A stretch of 64,000 bases of DNA from Vicugna vicugna (taxonomy: Eukaryota), in assembly GCA_013265495.1 (NCBI GenBank), contig MU058844.1, positions 1,618,941-1,682,940 on the forward strand. The letters are read 5' to 3'. This document shows positions 12,860-24,260 of the stretch, piece after piece. Position 1 is the stretch's first letter. Every line of letters starts with the position of its first letter. The notes below the pieces were generated by a model. It searched no databases and was not told the origin of the DNA. It saw only the letters and a program-made list of their open reading frames with translations. The position numbers and the translations under genes were made by a program.

Positions 12860-13175
12860 ATGGTGCTCAGGGACAACACCTTGCAGGGTGTTGGATACAG
12901 ATGGACTCTGTGACTGATATATGTTGACCCAACAGCTAGAACACATGAGTCTGGGAACCAAAGGGAGGAAGTAGCACTAGCCTCTCTCATCATCATTCTT
13001 AATGATCAACCCATCTGTGGATTTGTGTTTCCCATCACTTTTGGTTCTGCCAACTTAGAGGTCCAAATTCTCAGTGGGGGAATGTTTCCATTAGTGGACA
13101 TACTAAGTGGTCCATTAGTGGACTGAACTTGAAGCTGCCACATCACTTTGCAATCCTCATGCTAGTGGCCCTTCA
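12860..13175 (+). mobile_element. ERV-L internal (pol integrase end/dUTPase-adjacent) fragment without LTRs
   Basis: Peptides LRDNTLQG (12866), TARTHESGNQREE (12932) and LEVQILSGGMFPLVD (13055) resemble recalled HERV-L pol LGDNTLQG, IARIHGSRNQGVE and LEVLVPEGGMLPPGD. Confidence 0.75.
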
Positions 13176-13899
13176 GGTAAAAATTCAGGGGAAAATGACT
13201 CTGACAATAAATAAAGGTGGAATGCGATTAGTTCCAAAAGAGAAAAATAAAAGAATGCTATGGAAATCTAGAAGATGGAGAAATTCAGTAAGATTCAAAA
13301 ATGCAAAGATGAAAGGCCAAGAGATGGGCAATGCATAAATGCTGATAAGAACAAATGTCAGAAAGCTACATATTATTTTATTGTATGAAAATATTTACAA
13401 ATACTCTTTTGAAAGTGTCTCTGTTAGATAAATAAAGGTGCATCTGTATACAATCTAGTTATAGTTTATTTGACTTGGTGATACTGTCTCATCCTTATTT
13501 TTAATAACAATGAAGGAAATTCATAAATAACCCCTGAGAGCAAAATTCTAACACATTTTTTCTATTGCCTCGTGGAGAATATTTTTCCTTGAATATTTGC
13601 CCCTTATTATTTAGAGTTGTGATCCCTTAGGTATTCAAAATATTTTAATATAATTATTAAAACAATAAATAAACTTTGGAAGAGTTAAATTCAACTTTAT
13701 TGTCTTGACCTTGTGCTGACATTCCCTTGCCCTGCCAAGATTCAGATTCATATTTCAGGCATAATAAAATAGTCATACAATAAACTGATACAAACATCAG
13801 CTTAACTTGAGTTGTCCTTTTTTCTAAATAGTTAGTATTTCTGTTCCCATTCTCCAGTAGAGAGAATAATTTGCTTAAGTGGTGCTAGCTGACAATCAA

Positions 13900-14140
13900 T
13901 ATAGTGTTAAGACTAAGAGCATGAGTCCTGGGATCAGATGCAACTGGGTATTAAGAGCTAGGGATGACACTAACTGTGTTACCATGTGCAAATGAATTAA
14001 CCTCTCTGAACCTTAGGTTCTTTGTTTGTAAACTAGGGTTCATAATAAGACTTCCCTACTTTCAGGAATTTTGTGATTACACAAGTTAGTGCAAGTAAAA
14101 TATTAGCGCGATTTGAAGACTATAGTTCACTTCCAATAAC
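13900..14140 (+). mobile_element. MIR SINE
   Basis: Core taactgtgttaccatgtgcaaatgaattaacctctctgaacctt…tgtaaa. Confidence 0.8.
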
Positions 14141-14769
14141 ACAAAATCTCTAGTAAATTCAGTAGTATTAGTATCTCCAGTAGTAGAACTCATAATGGTA
14201 GTAGTAGTTGTTGTACTTAAAAGATAGTTTTCAAAAAATAGGTAACTCATGATTTTCACACAGACATGAAAATGAACATGTATTAAATTTTATTTCACTC
14301 ATTAGTGAGAGAATCAAGCAGATTGCTATACCCAGTTCAAAGACAATCCAAAGAACAGACACCTTTATAAATGAGGAATATCAAAATGAATGTGATGCAA
14401 AGAAAAAAAGCAAAAAAGAGGCAAAACTGGCCTCTTCATAGTGGAGGAGGGAGAGCAATTGAATGCCCCCCAGATAGAACTTACACGTCTGTAGACAAGA
14501 TTTATTTTGCATTACTCAGTTATCTACAGCTTACAGAGTTTTAAAAGGCCTTCCACAGAGTCAGTGTTTTTAAATGAAGAGGGATGTGCTATAGATAATG
14601 TGTACTTTTCCACTGAAGTATATTTGTTCTCTACATAGTGGTGGTGGTGGTAGTATTTCATGTGTGATGAAAACATTGCTAAAAATGGGTTAAATCGTGG
14701 AAAAAACTGAAAAAGAATACAGCATTTAAATTTTTCAGAAGGTGCTGGTGGCCCCAGCATCAAAAATCC

Positions 14770-14866
14770 CCCTGGATTCTAGTTCTATCTTTTTACTATT
14801 TATCAGATTGACCTTGGACAAGTCATTCAACTTCTTTTAGTCTCGTTTTCCTCATCTGTGAAGTTA
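14770..14866 (+). mobile_element. MIR core fragment
   Basis: tgaccttggacaagtcattcaacttc…ttttcctcatctgtgaa. Confidence 0.8.
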
Positions 14867-15509
14867 GGCACCGGAGCATATGCTTACTAAAGCATCCTCT
14901 CCCCCTGCCCCACCAGACTCACATCTATAGACAAGAAGCAATGACTGCTGATGTGAATTATTGTGCAATGTCTCTCCTGGATAATCTACACATGGGTAAT
15001 TGAGACTTGACTGCAAATGAGCAACGTGATTAGAGTTACTGACCTAAACAATTCCAGCAAATGACAAGTCCTTAGGGCCTTTGAAATGTCACCCATTCTA
15101 CTGTGTATATTTAATGAAATGCTAATGTAATTTTGCTAAACATGCAGTACTTATCATTACACATGATGGATTGGAAATATGAGTTTCCAATGGTAGTGAA
15201 CTGTCACAGAAATAGTGATTAAGCATCACAATTATGGGAACACCTACCTTTTATATTAGAAAGTCATTTTTTTCCCTGCTTGTGTCAGTTAAAGTCGTAA
15301 GAGACTGTGAATGTGAGGCCAAGGGTGTGTGTTGAAAGTATGCTGTAAGAACATTCAGTCAAACTCTGCTTGCCTGGTGTCATCTGGGTGGGTGATGTCT
15401 ATCTTATGGTACCAAGAGCACCGTACAAGATTTTTGTATGTCAGTCCCTCAATTCCGTGTGTGAGATGACCTGAGATATCTGAGCCAATGTTGGATAACA
15501 AGTGGTCTC

Positions 15510-15760
15510 CTTTTATAAAATAATTTTTTATCATAAAATGAAAATTTAATGGAATATTTACTATAAAATTAAAAAACTTATTTGATATAAAATAGAAAAC
15601 ACATGTAGATGAATCTAACTCAGGTTAAGAGACAGACTTTGAATAGTTACCTAAGATCCTCCAGGTGTCCTGTCTCAATCACAACAGTCTTCCCCTTTCC
15701 TGAAGGAAACCACTCTCCTGTACACCAATCACTTCCTTTCATTTCTTCACAGTTTTATAA
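15510..15760 (-). mobile_element. L1ME 3' fragment
   Basis: aactcaggttaagagacagac…tcaatcacaac…aaggaaaccactctcctg. Confidence 0.5.
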
Positions 15761-15762
15761 AT

Positions 15763-15826
15763 ATGTTGCTAAACGTGGCCAAATATCCCCTGGGAAAGAG
15801 GGATCTCCCCTGGTTGGAAACCACTA
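15763..15826 (+). mobile_element. MER20 terminal fragment (hAT-Charlie)
   Basis: gccaaatatcccctggg…cccctggttggaaaccact matches the MER20 end. Confidence 0.6.
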
Positions 15827-16744
15827 TTTTAAGAAGTCCTCAAGGCATAAATATACTTGGAGGAAAGGAGGAATTTGCCTGTAGTTTGCATGTAAAACAT
15901 CTAGGCCACCAATAAATTCCAGCAGTGGTTTGACCTGACCACATTCTATAATAAACCAAACAGAAATGGATGTAGATACATAAACATTTATTCATCTTTA
16001 TATAATTTTTAATGTTTTCAAATACAATTTTTGAACACTGTATATGTAGTGTCTTCCTGATTATGTTACTTATACATAGTTATTATGTAAGAGGCAGAAA
16101 GAAATCGAAGAAGATAACAATTATCTGTAATCTTGTCCTACAAATATAGGTATTATGTTCAGTTGAGGTTTATTGTGTGATTTTCATCTCTCTCTATCCG
16201 TCTACCTATGTCATTTAGCATAAAGCTAAATATAAATATACCACATAAATATACATATAGTACATATGATATTTTGTGTTGTTTGGATCATTATAAAATG
16301 CACGTAGCATTTTTAATCTTTTTTCTTTAATCTGTTTTCTCATATACTTCTCTCTTCTTGAAATAAATAGTTAAAATATATTTCTAAAGGCTAAGGCTTT
16401 AAGAAAGCTATCCATATTACCACTTATCTCATCAAAAATTAATAATAATTTTTTAAAATTATAAAACTAGAGAATAAAATTATTCCCTTCACCATTGAAG
16501 GGAAGTGACAATTTGAATTCAGTTAGTGAATGAAAATGTATTGGATCTAAATCTTGGGCTACACTACATTTTACTGACAAAGTGACAGTGTGATTTTATG
16601 CAGCTCAAGCACTGTCATTTGAACAAAGATTCCAGTTTCTGGAAGGCAATATTTTTCAAGTTCTAGTAATCCACACAATTGTCTTCCTTGGTGGAAAGAG
16701 GGGGTATCTTAGACAGGAATCTGTTGCAGTCTTGTCCATTCTCA

Positions 16745-16764
16745 TGGTGGCCCCCTAGTGGTCA
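16745..16764 (-). promoter_or_regulatory. CTCF binding motif
   Basis: Minus strand reads TGACCACTAGGGGGCCACCA, close to the CTCF core consensus. Lies in non-repetitive sequence. Confidence 0.7.
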
Positions 16765-17644
16765 GATGGATTTTGCATGTGTTTCTTGGCTGAGTGTTTA
16801 AAAAAAAAAAGTGGGGGGGTGTTTGTAATTTTGAGAGGAGAGGAGGGGAAAGACTTTCAGAGGGCACAACAGAATAAATGATAATGTATTTCTTTACTCA
16901 CAGATAGAAATATTCTGAGGTCCACTGAAAGCTGTTCTATCAGCTATAGTCTTAGCTGTAGTGAAACCAGGGATCTTGATCAAATGCAGCCAGGCTTCAG
17001 GAAAACAGAAGACCATGGCCTGAGTCCTCGACAGTCAAGCCTCTAGATCAATTTGGGCTTGAATTTCCTACTTTGTAAACCTAGTAATCATAATAAGCAA
17101 ACTGTCCAGGCCCCTTATAATCCTCCTGACTGTATAGTTCTATGAAATAGAAGCTCTCTCATCAATAACTTCCTCAGAAGGCAAATGTTTATATAAATAA
17201 TCCAGTCAAAGTATTCTGAATTTGAAATGCTTGGAGAAAAAAAGGAGCAAGTTCTTATTCTCTTCTGATGAAAATTCAATGTAAAAGTATTAATTCTTTT
17301 GAAAAATGTTACTGAGCCTACAATAGACAATCTACTCTGCTAGATATTGGGGTGGAGATGAGGAGAGGAGATAAGAAGAGAAAAACACACATAATCTGTC
17401 ATAAACAAGTTTATATTTTGTAGATGTAAAGATTAAAGTGGCTGACTTTGAAAAAAATTTGAACTTGACAAAATAAATACTTCATGAAATAGTTATTTGC
17501 ACCATAACAGAAATGTTGAGGGTCATGATCTTGCAGTGTTAACCCGTATAAAACAAGCCAATTACATGCACACACACATACACACATAATCATTTGTAAC
17601 CTGCGTTCTTTACCTATTGTGAGTACAAGTTAACAGCAAGGGTT

Positions 17645-17840
17645 ATAGTGACCAAGTTGGGTGCTTTCGATGTATTATCTCATTGAATCCTTATAATAAT
17701 GCTATGAGAAGCATTATTAATATTTTCATTCTACATTTGAGTAAATGAAGCACCCAAAGCCCAGGTAATTTGCTCAAAAGCCAAAGCCAGTAAGAGATGA
17801 AATGGGGATTTGCCTCCTTAGTTTGAGTTCTTAATTATTT
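17645..17840 (-). mobile_element. MIR SINE
   Basis: tgtattatctcattgaatccttataataatgctatgaga…taatttgctcaaa. Confidence 0.75.
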
Positions 17841-18091
17841 GACTATATATGGTTTTACTTTTGGCCCCCTCCTGCTTGAGCTGTTGTTATACTCAGGTCA
17901 AAACCCACTTTTCTAGAAGCGAGTGCTGGTCAGAGAGTACATCTGGACTTCCTTTAATTTAGTCCTAGGGTACTAAAGTAGCAAGGCACTAAAAGTATTT
18001 CTGTTCCTTCAAGATTTTTTTACAGAAAGAACTAAATGTAAGAAGATTTATGAGCAGTCAGGACTAGTAACAGATTATTATTAATAACTGT

Positions 18092-18933
18092 TATTTAATT
18101 ACTGTGGTAAAACGCACATAACATGAAATCCACCTTAACAATTTTTTCAGCGTCCAGTTCAGTAGTGTTAACTATGCATACACTGTTGGACAGCAGATCT
18201 CCATAACTTTTTCATCTTGCATGGCTGAAACTCTGTACCCATTTGAACAGCAACTTCCTATTTTCTGCTCTCCAGGCTCTGGCAACCACCAATCTACTTT
18301 CTGCTTCTATGAGTTTGATTACTTTAAACATATCAAATAAATAGAATCATAAAGAATTTGTCCTTGTGTGAGTGGCTGATTTCACTTAACATAATATCCT
18401 CAAGGTTCATCATGCTGTAGCATATGATAATATTTCCTTCTTTTTAAGGCTGAGTAATATTCCATTGTATGTGTATACTATGTTTTCTTTATCTGTTCAC
18501 TTGTCAACAGACATTTAGATTGTCTCCGTTTCTTGGCTATTGTAAAGAATGCTATAATGAACACTGGAGTGCAAATATCTCTTGAAGATCTTGTTTCCAA
18601 TTCTCTTGGATGAATACTCAGAAATAGGATTGCTACATCATATGGTAGTTCTATTTTTAATTTTTAAGGAATCTCCATATTGTTTTCCACAGTGACTTCA
18701 CTATTTTACATTCCCACAAACAGTACACAAGGATTCCAGTTTCTCCACATCCTTGCCAACACTTGTTATTTTCTTTCTTTCCTTTTTCTTTTTTAAAAAT
18801 AATAGCCATCCTAACAGGTAAGAAGTGATCTCATTGTGGTTTTGATTTGCATTTCCCTGATGATTAGTGATGTTGAACATACTTTTATATAACCGTTGGC
18901 TATTTGTATGTCTTCTTTGGAGAAATGCCTATA
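18092..18933 (-). mobile_element. L1MA/L1MB-type 3' end
   Basis: gtggtaaaacgcacataacatgaaa…ggcaaccaccaatctactttctg…catatggtagttctatttttaa…tctcattgtggttttgatttgcatttccctgatga. Confidence 0.92.
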
Positions 18934-19189
18934 TTAATGATAATCTGATTTGCCTTTTGAAGCAAAGTTCATTCCTTTTCCATGAACAAAAAACAATTTA
19001 ATTCTTTGCAAAGAGCATGCAAAAACACATGCTGCAGAATGTATACTAAGCCTGTAAGTCTGCACATCTCTCCTTGAAAAGCATGAAAGAGAAGCAAGTC
19101 ACATATCTTCAAATCCTACTACAAGGCAAAGTCTGAAATGTGTTAATGATGGTACTGGTTTCAGTGGGGATGCTGTGATGGAAAGGGAC

Positions 19190-19370
19190 CTAACATTTAT
19201 TAATCAAGTACCATCACACACAAATCTGATCTGGTGAGTAAGGATCATCATCAGAGGTGTCTGAGGCTCAGAGAAGTTAAGTCATGTGCGTAGGAACACC
19301 AGCAAGTAGATCCAAGAGTGAACATTTGAAATGAATCTAAAATCTATAATCTTTCCTACTATAACATTTT
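19190..19370 (-). mobile_element. MIR fragment
   Basis: ctgaggctcagagaagttaagtca. Confidence 0.65.
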
Positions 19371-20469
19371 GTATCCTCTTTGGGAATTGAGGGAAGTTTC
19401 AGAGAAATTTGACTTTGGAGCTGAAACTTAAAGAATGGATCGGTGTCAGAATTAGAGAAGAAACAGCCTCACTGATTATTCTGCTGTCTCTGTGTTCTTC
19501 CTCAGAAATGAAGCGACAAGCTCCAAGGTAACTTGGGACCTGAAGAGAAAGGGGGCGAAGGGGGTGAGTCTCTGAAATAAGCATTAAAAGCCCTATTCAC
19601 CCCAGGACACTGTTGAGCTCACAAAGGCCTCCTCATGGTAGAGACTGGGGCTTCTAATTAGTCAGTTAAGCATAACCCTTCCTCTGATTATTGTGAACTC
19701 TTCCCATTTTCTGGGGATGTCAGACCCAAACTTCCACCAAGAGTAATTGCCCTAAAGTGAGCTTCTTACAGCTATGAATTTTTTTCTCTTGAGCATCAGC
19801 TATTTCCTAATTGTTAAATGCAAATGACATCTGTTGATTCTGGGGACTGCACAGTTATTAGGCAAATCAAGATTATGAATTCTGGTCCAAAGGCAAGATC
19901 TTCAACATCACCAAGGAATCAACAACCAGGGATATGATGTAATCAAGATTTGGGGCTTTGCAAAGAAACTGTTCTTGCCTAAGGGAGGCTGGCCTCGGGT
20001 GGTGGGTGGGGCTCTGTGGACCTTTGTGGAATCCTCGGTGTTTATTTCCATCTGGAGTTGTTAGCTGAAATGTGTTTCTCATTAGAGTCAGCTGTGGGAA
20101 TCCAAGAGTTTTATAACGTCTCCGTTTATTCATATTTAGCCAGCAAATACTTAGAGGCTGAAGAGCATTACTAAGTCAACATAAAGCTGCAATTCATCAA
20201 GTCATATTCAGAAGGGAGAGGAGATAAGGATTGTGGGGCCTCTTCTGGACCCCCTGCCCAGCCACCCAATCTCCTAGTAGCCTCAGAACTGACCCTATCC
20301 TGAGGATGGCTCATCTCCTTATCAGAAACCTGGGGAAGGATGCAGCCAGGTGGATGTCCCTGTAAAAATGCCTAGTTATTGTCCCCAATGGTTTGTTGTC
20401 ATCATTTAATAAACTGAATGTAAAATTGACAGACTACTACCACCCATCATTTAATGAGCTGCTGTTAAG

Positions 20470-20710
20470 AAAGTAGTGTTAATGGTGTGAGGTGGAGACA
20501 GGAGACAGGCAGATTTTGCTCTGACTGACTCCTGACTCTGTCACCAGCTGTGTGATTTGGGGCAGGTGACTCTACCCCTGGAGTCTTAGTTTCATTAGTA
20601 ACATGGGCATATTAGTACATGGGCTTTGAGAGCAGTAAATTAGATGCATTTTTGTGAATGTTCCTATTACATTACTTGGCACTTGATATGTGCCTAGTGA
20701 ATAGCATTAC
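20470..20710 (+). mobile_element. MIR SINE
   Basis: cctgactctgtcaccagctgtgtgatttggggcaggtgac…ttggcacttgatatgtgc. Confidence 0.75.
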
Positions 20711-21415
20711 CCTTTTCCATGAGGTACAAGAACGTATTTGTATGACCTAAGATTTCCTTTGATGTATATGTATCTGTTAACGAATTTCTCTCAAATTAGG
20801 ATAAATCAATACATACATAGGTAATGTTGAAAAATATGATGAAATTGGGATTACTGTCATCAAAGAATAATATTCTATATATTTGGAAAGAAACTAAATT
20901 AAATTTAAAAATATTACCAATGCATTTGTTCTGTAATTCTTATTATGTTTACACAATTAAACTGAGCTGGAAACTAGATGGTGAGGATGATTAAGGTAAT
21001 ATAAGAAGATGATTAAAGTAGTAGAACAGGACCAAAGAGAAGTGTACAAACAAAATAGAACTGAGGGTTTTAAGGAAAAAGAAATTAGTAGAATTAAGAT
21101 AAACTTTATGGAGGAAAAAGTAGTTTCTAAATTGAACTTTAAAGTGCAAATTGAATTTCAAAGGTCAGAAATTAGGGATCAGGCATTCTGAGGAGGACCT
21201 GAGGAAGAGGCGGAGCACAAGACATGCAAGAGGCTGGTGGATGGTGTGGTTTGATTGGAGTCAGTCCCGGTTCTATGGATGTGTGACTTGTGCATTTCTA
21301 CAGGTTCCCACACTTAGTTTATTGCTCTGTTGTTGCCATCTTGAAATTCATAATAACTTTTGAACAAGGGCCCCTACATTTTCATTTTGCACTGGGCCTC
21401 AAAAATTGTGTAGCT

Positions 21416-21990
21416 CCCTACTGAACAGGAGAAGATATTTGCAAACAATATATCCAATAAAAGGTTAATATCCAAAATATAGAAAGAACTCATACAACTC
21501 AACACAAAAAATAGGCAAAGGATCAGAATAGATATTTTTCCAAAGAAGACATACAGATGGCTAACAGGTACATGAAAAGATGCTCAATGCCACTAATCAT
21601 CGGGGAAATACAAATCAAAACCACAATGACATATCACCTCCCACCTGTCAGAAAGGCCATCATCAAAAAGACAACAAACAAAAAGTGTTTGGCAAAGATG
21701 TGGAGAAAAGGGAACCCCAAACACTGGTAATAAGATTGTAAATTGGTGTAGCCACTATGGAAAACAGCATGGAGACGCCTCAGAAAATTAAATACAGAAC
21801 TACCCTACAATCTGGTAATTCCACTCCTGCATATTTATTCAAAGAAAAGGAAAACACTAATTCAAAAAGATATATGCACCCCATGTTGACTGCAGTGCAG
21901 CATTATATGTAATAGCTAAGATATGGAAGCAACTTAAGTGCCCATCTATAGATAAATGGATAAAGAAGATGTATTTATGGATAATAACAG

Positions 21991-22045
<55 letters not shown>

Positions 22046-22299
22046 AAACTCAGCCATAAAAGAGAATGAAATCTTGCCATTCGTGACAACATAGGTGGAT
22101 CTAGAGGGTAGTATGCTAAGTGAAATAAATCAGATAGAGACAAATACTGTATGGTTTCACGTATGTGTGAAATCTAGAAAACAGAACAAATGAACAAACA
22201 TAACTAAACAGAGTCAAGACTCAGAACAAACAGGTGGCTGCCAGAGGGGAAGGAGAGAAACAGGTGAAGGAGATTAAGAGGTACAGACTTACAAAAAGT
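21416..22299 (+). mobile_element. L1 fragment (ORF2 C-terminus plus partial 3'UTR)
   Basis: Encodes MANRYMKRCSMPLIIGEIQIKTTMTYHL. Perfect 12-bp TSD aattgtgtagct at 21404-21415 and 22300-22311. Confidence 0.93.
21993..22042. repeat. (AC)25 microsatellite within L1
   Basis: Direct inspection. Confidence 0.95.
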
Positions 22300-23181
22300 A
22301 ATTGTGTAGCTGGTCCTGACTAGAGAAAATGATTAAAATAAAAATACTGAAATCCTGCAGCATTTTAAATGTCAGCCTAAAAAACCTAAATTTTCTTATG
22401 TCTGGGAATGAGGAGACAAGTGACATGATTAGGGTTATGCATTAACCATGTAAACCGTAGGTGTGGTGGATAGAAAAAGACAGAGAGGCCAGAGTCAGGG
22501 AAGGAAGTGGCTTTTGCTGGGATCCTCGTTGCTCCCTGTTTGCTTAGCACTGCCCGGGTTTACAGCAGCTATCTCAGTGTAATTATTAATAGTACCCTCT
22601 TTCACTCGCAAAAGTATCTTAGTTTGAATGATAAATTATATGGTTCTCCAAGTTATTTTGATAGTCAAGGCAAATTAAATCCTACGTTGAATGAGGACAG
22701 GAGGAATGGTGAATAGAGAGCCATGAAGAAGCATAAATGGCAAGAATGATCAAACTTTGAGTCTGAATTTCCCTTTTAACATCAATAAATTCTGCAAATG
22801 CCTATGTTCCAGTAGTTGAATTTCTGGTATCTGTTGCTTGAGAAAATCCATGGTGACAAAATTATATAAATTTAGATAAATAGATAAATTGCTAGACATT
22901 TAAAGATTTGTATTACACATTTGAATGAGATATTATTCATCTTGTCTAAAGTCACTGCTTGCTGTGTTTCTGGGTTGGTGGACCTCTTGCAAAATTCCAG
23001 TTCTCCCTCCAAAACTAAGTATCCATCCATAGCCCAGAAGGGGAGAATCACTGATTTGCAGGAAAAACTCAAGTTATGTAGCATGACATTCAAGGCATTT
23101 GCCAGTCTGGACAGAGTCTAAAGTGGAGCCTGTATATTACAAAGGATGGCTAATGGGAAAAGGTGACAATGTGTGTGCATG

Positions 23182-23317
23182 TCCTTTATTTATTTGGTAG
23201 AGGGAGGTAATTATGTTTATTTGTTTATTTATTCTTAGAGGAGGTACTGGGGATTGAACCCAGGACCTCATGCATGCTAAGCATGTGCTCTACCACTTGA
23301 GCTGTACCCTCCCCTCC
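23182..23317 (-). mobile_element. Camelid-type tRNA-derived SINE (vic-1-like)
   Basis: Minus strand has A box cagctcaagtggtagagc, B box gggttcaatccc and an (AAAT)-like tail. TSD acaatgtgtgYgYatg at 23166-23181 and 23319-23334. Confidence 0.9.
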
Positions 23318-23514
23318 AACAATGTGTGCGTATGGAGGGATGGGGGATTGAGTAAGTGATTGTGGCTTTATGGAAGTTATACTCCCATATAAGAATAAAT
23401 ATAAAATAATTTCCCTATAAAAATAAACAAAATAATCAATAAGAGAGATATTTGATTTTATCTAATTTATACATTAGGTATCCATGTGGTATTTCCTCTG
23501 AGATATTTTTGAAA

Positions 23515-23715
23515 TCCATGAATGTGGTGGAAAGAACATGGTGAATCAGATTTAAATCCTGGCTCTACAATTTACCAGTCCTGTGAATTTAAGTAAATCC
23601 TTAAGGCTTTCTGAGCCTCCTTTCCTTCATTTATAAAACAGGGTTAATGAAGCCATGTGCAGGTTGTCAGGAGGAGCAAAGTAGACCTTGTATGTGAAAT
23701 GCTTTAAAAACTAAA
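23515..23715 (+). mobile_element. MIR SINE
   Basis: ttaaatcctggctctacaattta…ctgagcctcctttccttcatttataaaacagg…tgtgaaatgctt. Confidence 0.8.
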
Positions 23716-23716
23716 T

Positions 23717-24260
23717 CAGTGGTTTCAAACTTTAGCATACAATAGAATCACTTAGAAGGCTTGTTAAGACATACATTGCTGGGCCCTACCTCCCGGAGAT
23801 CCTGATTTGACAGAATTTGCATTTCAACAAGACTGCATGTGTTATATGGACTGAATGTTTGTGTCCCCCTAAGATTCATATGCCAAAATTCTAACCCTCA
23901 GTGTGATGATCTTAGGAGGTGGGACCCTTGGGAGGTAATTAGTTCATAAGGGTGGCACCCTCATGTATGGGATTAGTGCTTTTATGAAAGAAACCCTTGA
24001 GGTCTCTCTCGCCCTCTTTCTACCACGTGAGGATAAAAGGAGAAGAGAGGTTGTTAGTCTGCAACGTGGAAGAAGGCCCTCACCTGACCATGCCGATACC
24101 CTGATCTTGGTCTTCCAGTCACCAAATCTGGGAGAAATAAATTCCTGTTGTTTGTAAGCCACCTAGTCTATCTATAACAATTTGTTGTAACACCCAAACT
24201 GACTGAGAGGCCATGTGATTCTAATGCTGCTCCTGTGGTACCACACTTTGAGAATCACCG
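23717..24260 (+). mobile_element. MER5A (hAT-Charlie) split by an MLT1A LTR
   Basis: cagtggtttcaaactttagc…agaatcac…agaatttgcatttc, resuming after the LTR with gtgattctaatgctgct…accacactttgagaatcac. Confidence 0.85.
23840..24210 (+). mobile_element. MLT1A/MLT1A0 solo LTR
   Basis: tgttatatggactgaatgtttgtgtcccc…atgggattagtgc…aaataaattcctgttgtttgtaagccacc. TSD gcatg/ccatg. Confidence 0.9.

Larger units (their letters stand above)
21262..22318 (+). mobile_element. MER45A-like hAT-Tip100 element (21262-21415, last bases 22312-22318), split by L1
   Basis: cagtcccggttc…gccatcttgaaattcataataac…catttt­cattttgcactgggcc…tgtagct|ggtcctg. The terminal ggtcctg is displaced beyond the L1. Confidence 0.8.
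21030..22505 (-). mobile_element. L2 fragment split by the nested MER45A-like element and L1
   Basis: L2-like purine-rich sequence before 21262 (ggcattctgagga…tttgattggag) continues after 22318 (gagacaagtgacatgattaggg). Confidence 0.5.

Noticed and set aside
20399..20461. Direct repeat catcatttaat as the TSD of a small insertion
   Set aside because: The intervening ~30 bp has no element hallmarks or A-tail, so a chance or local duplication is more likely.
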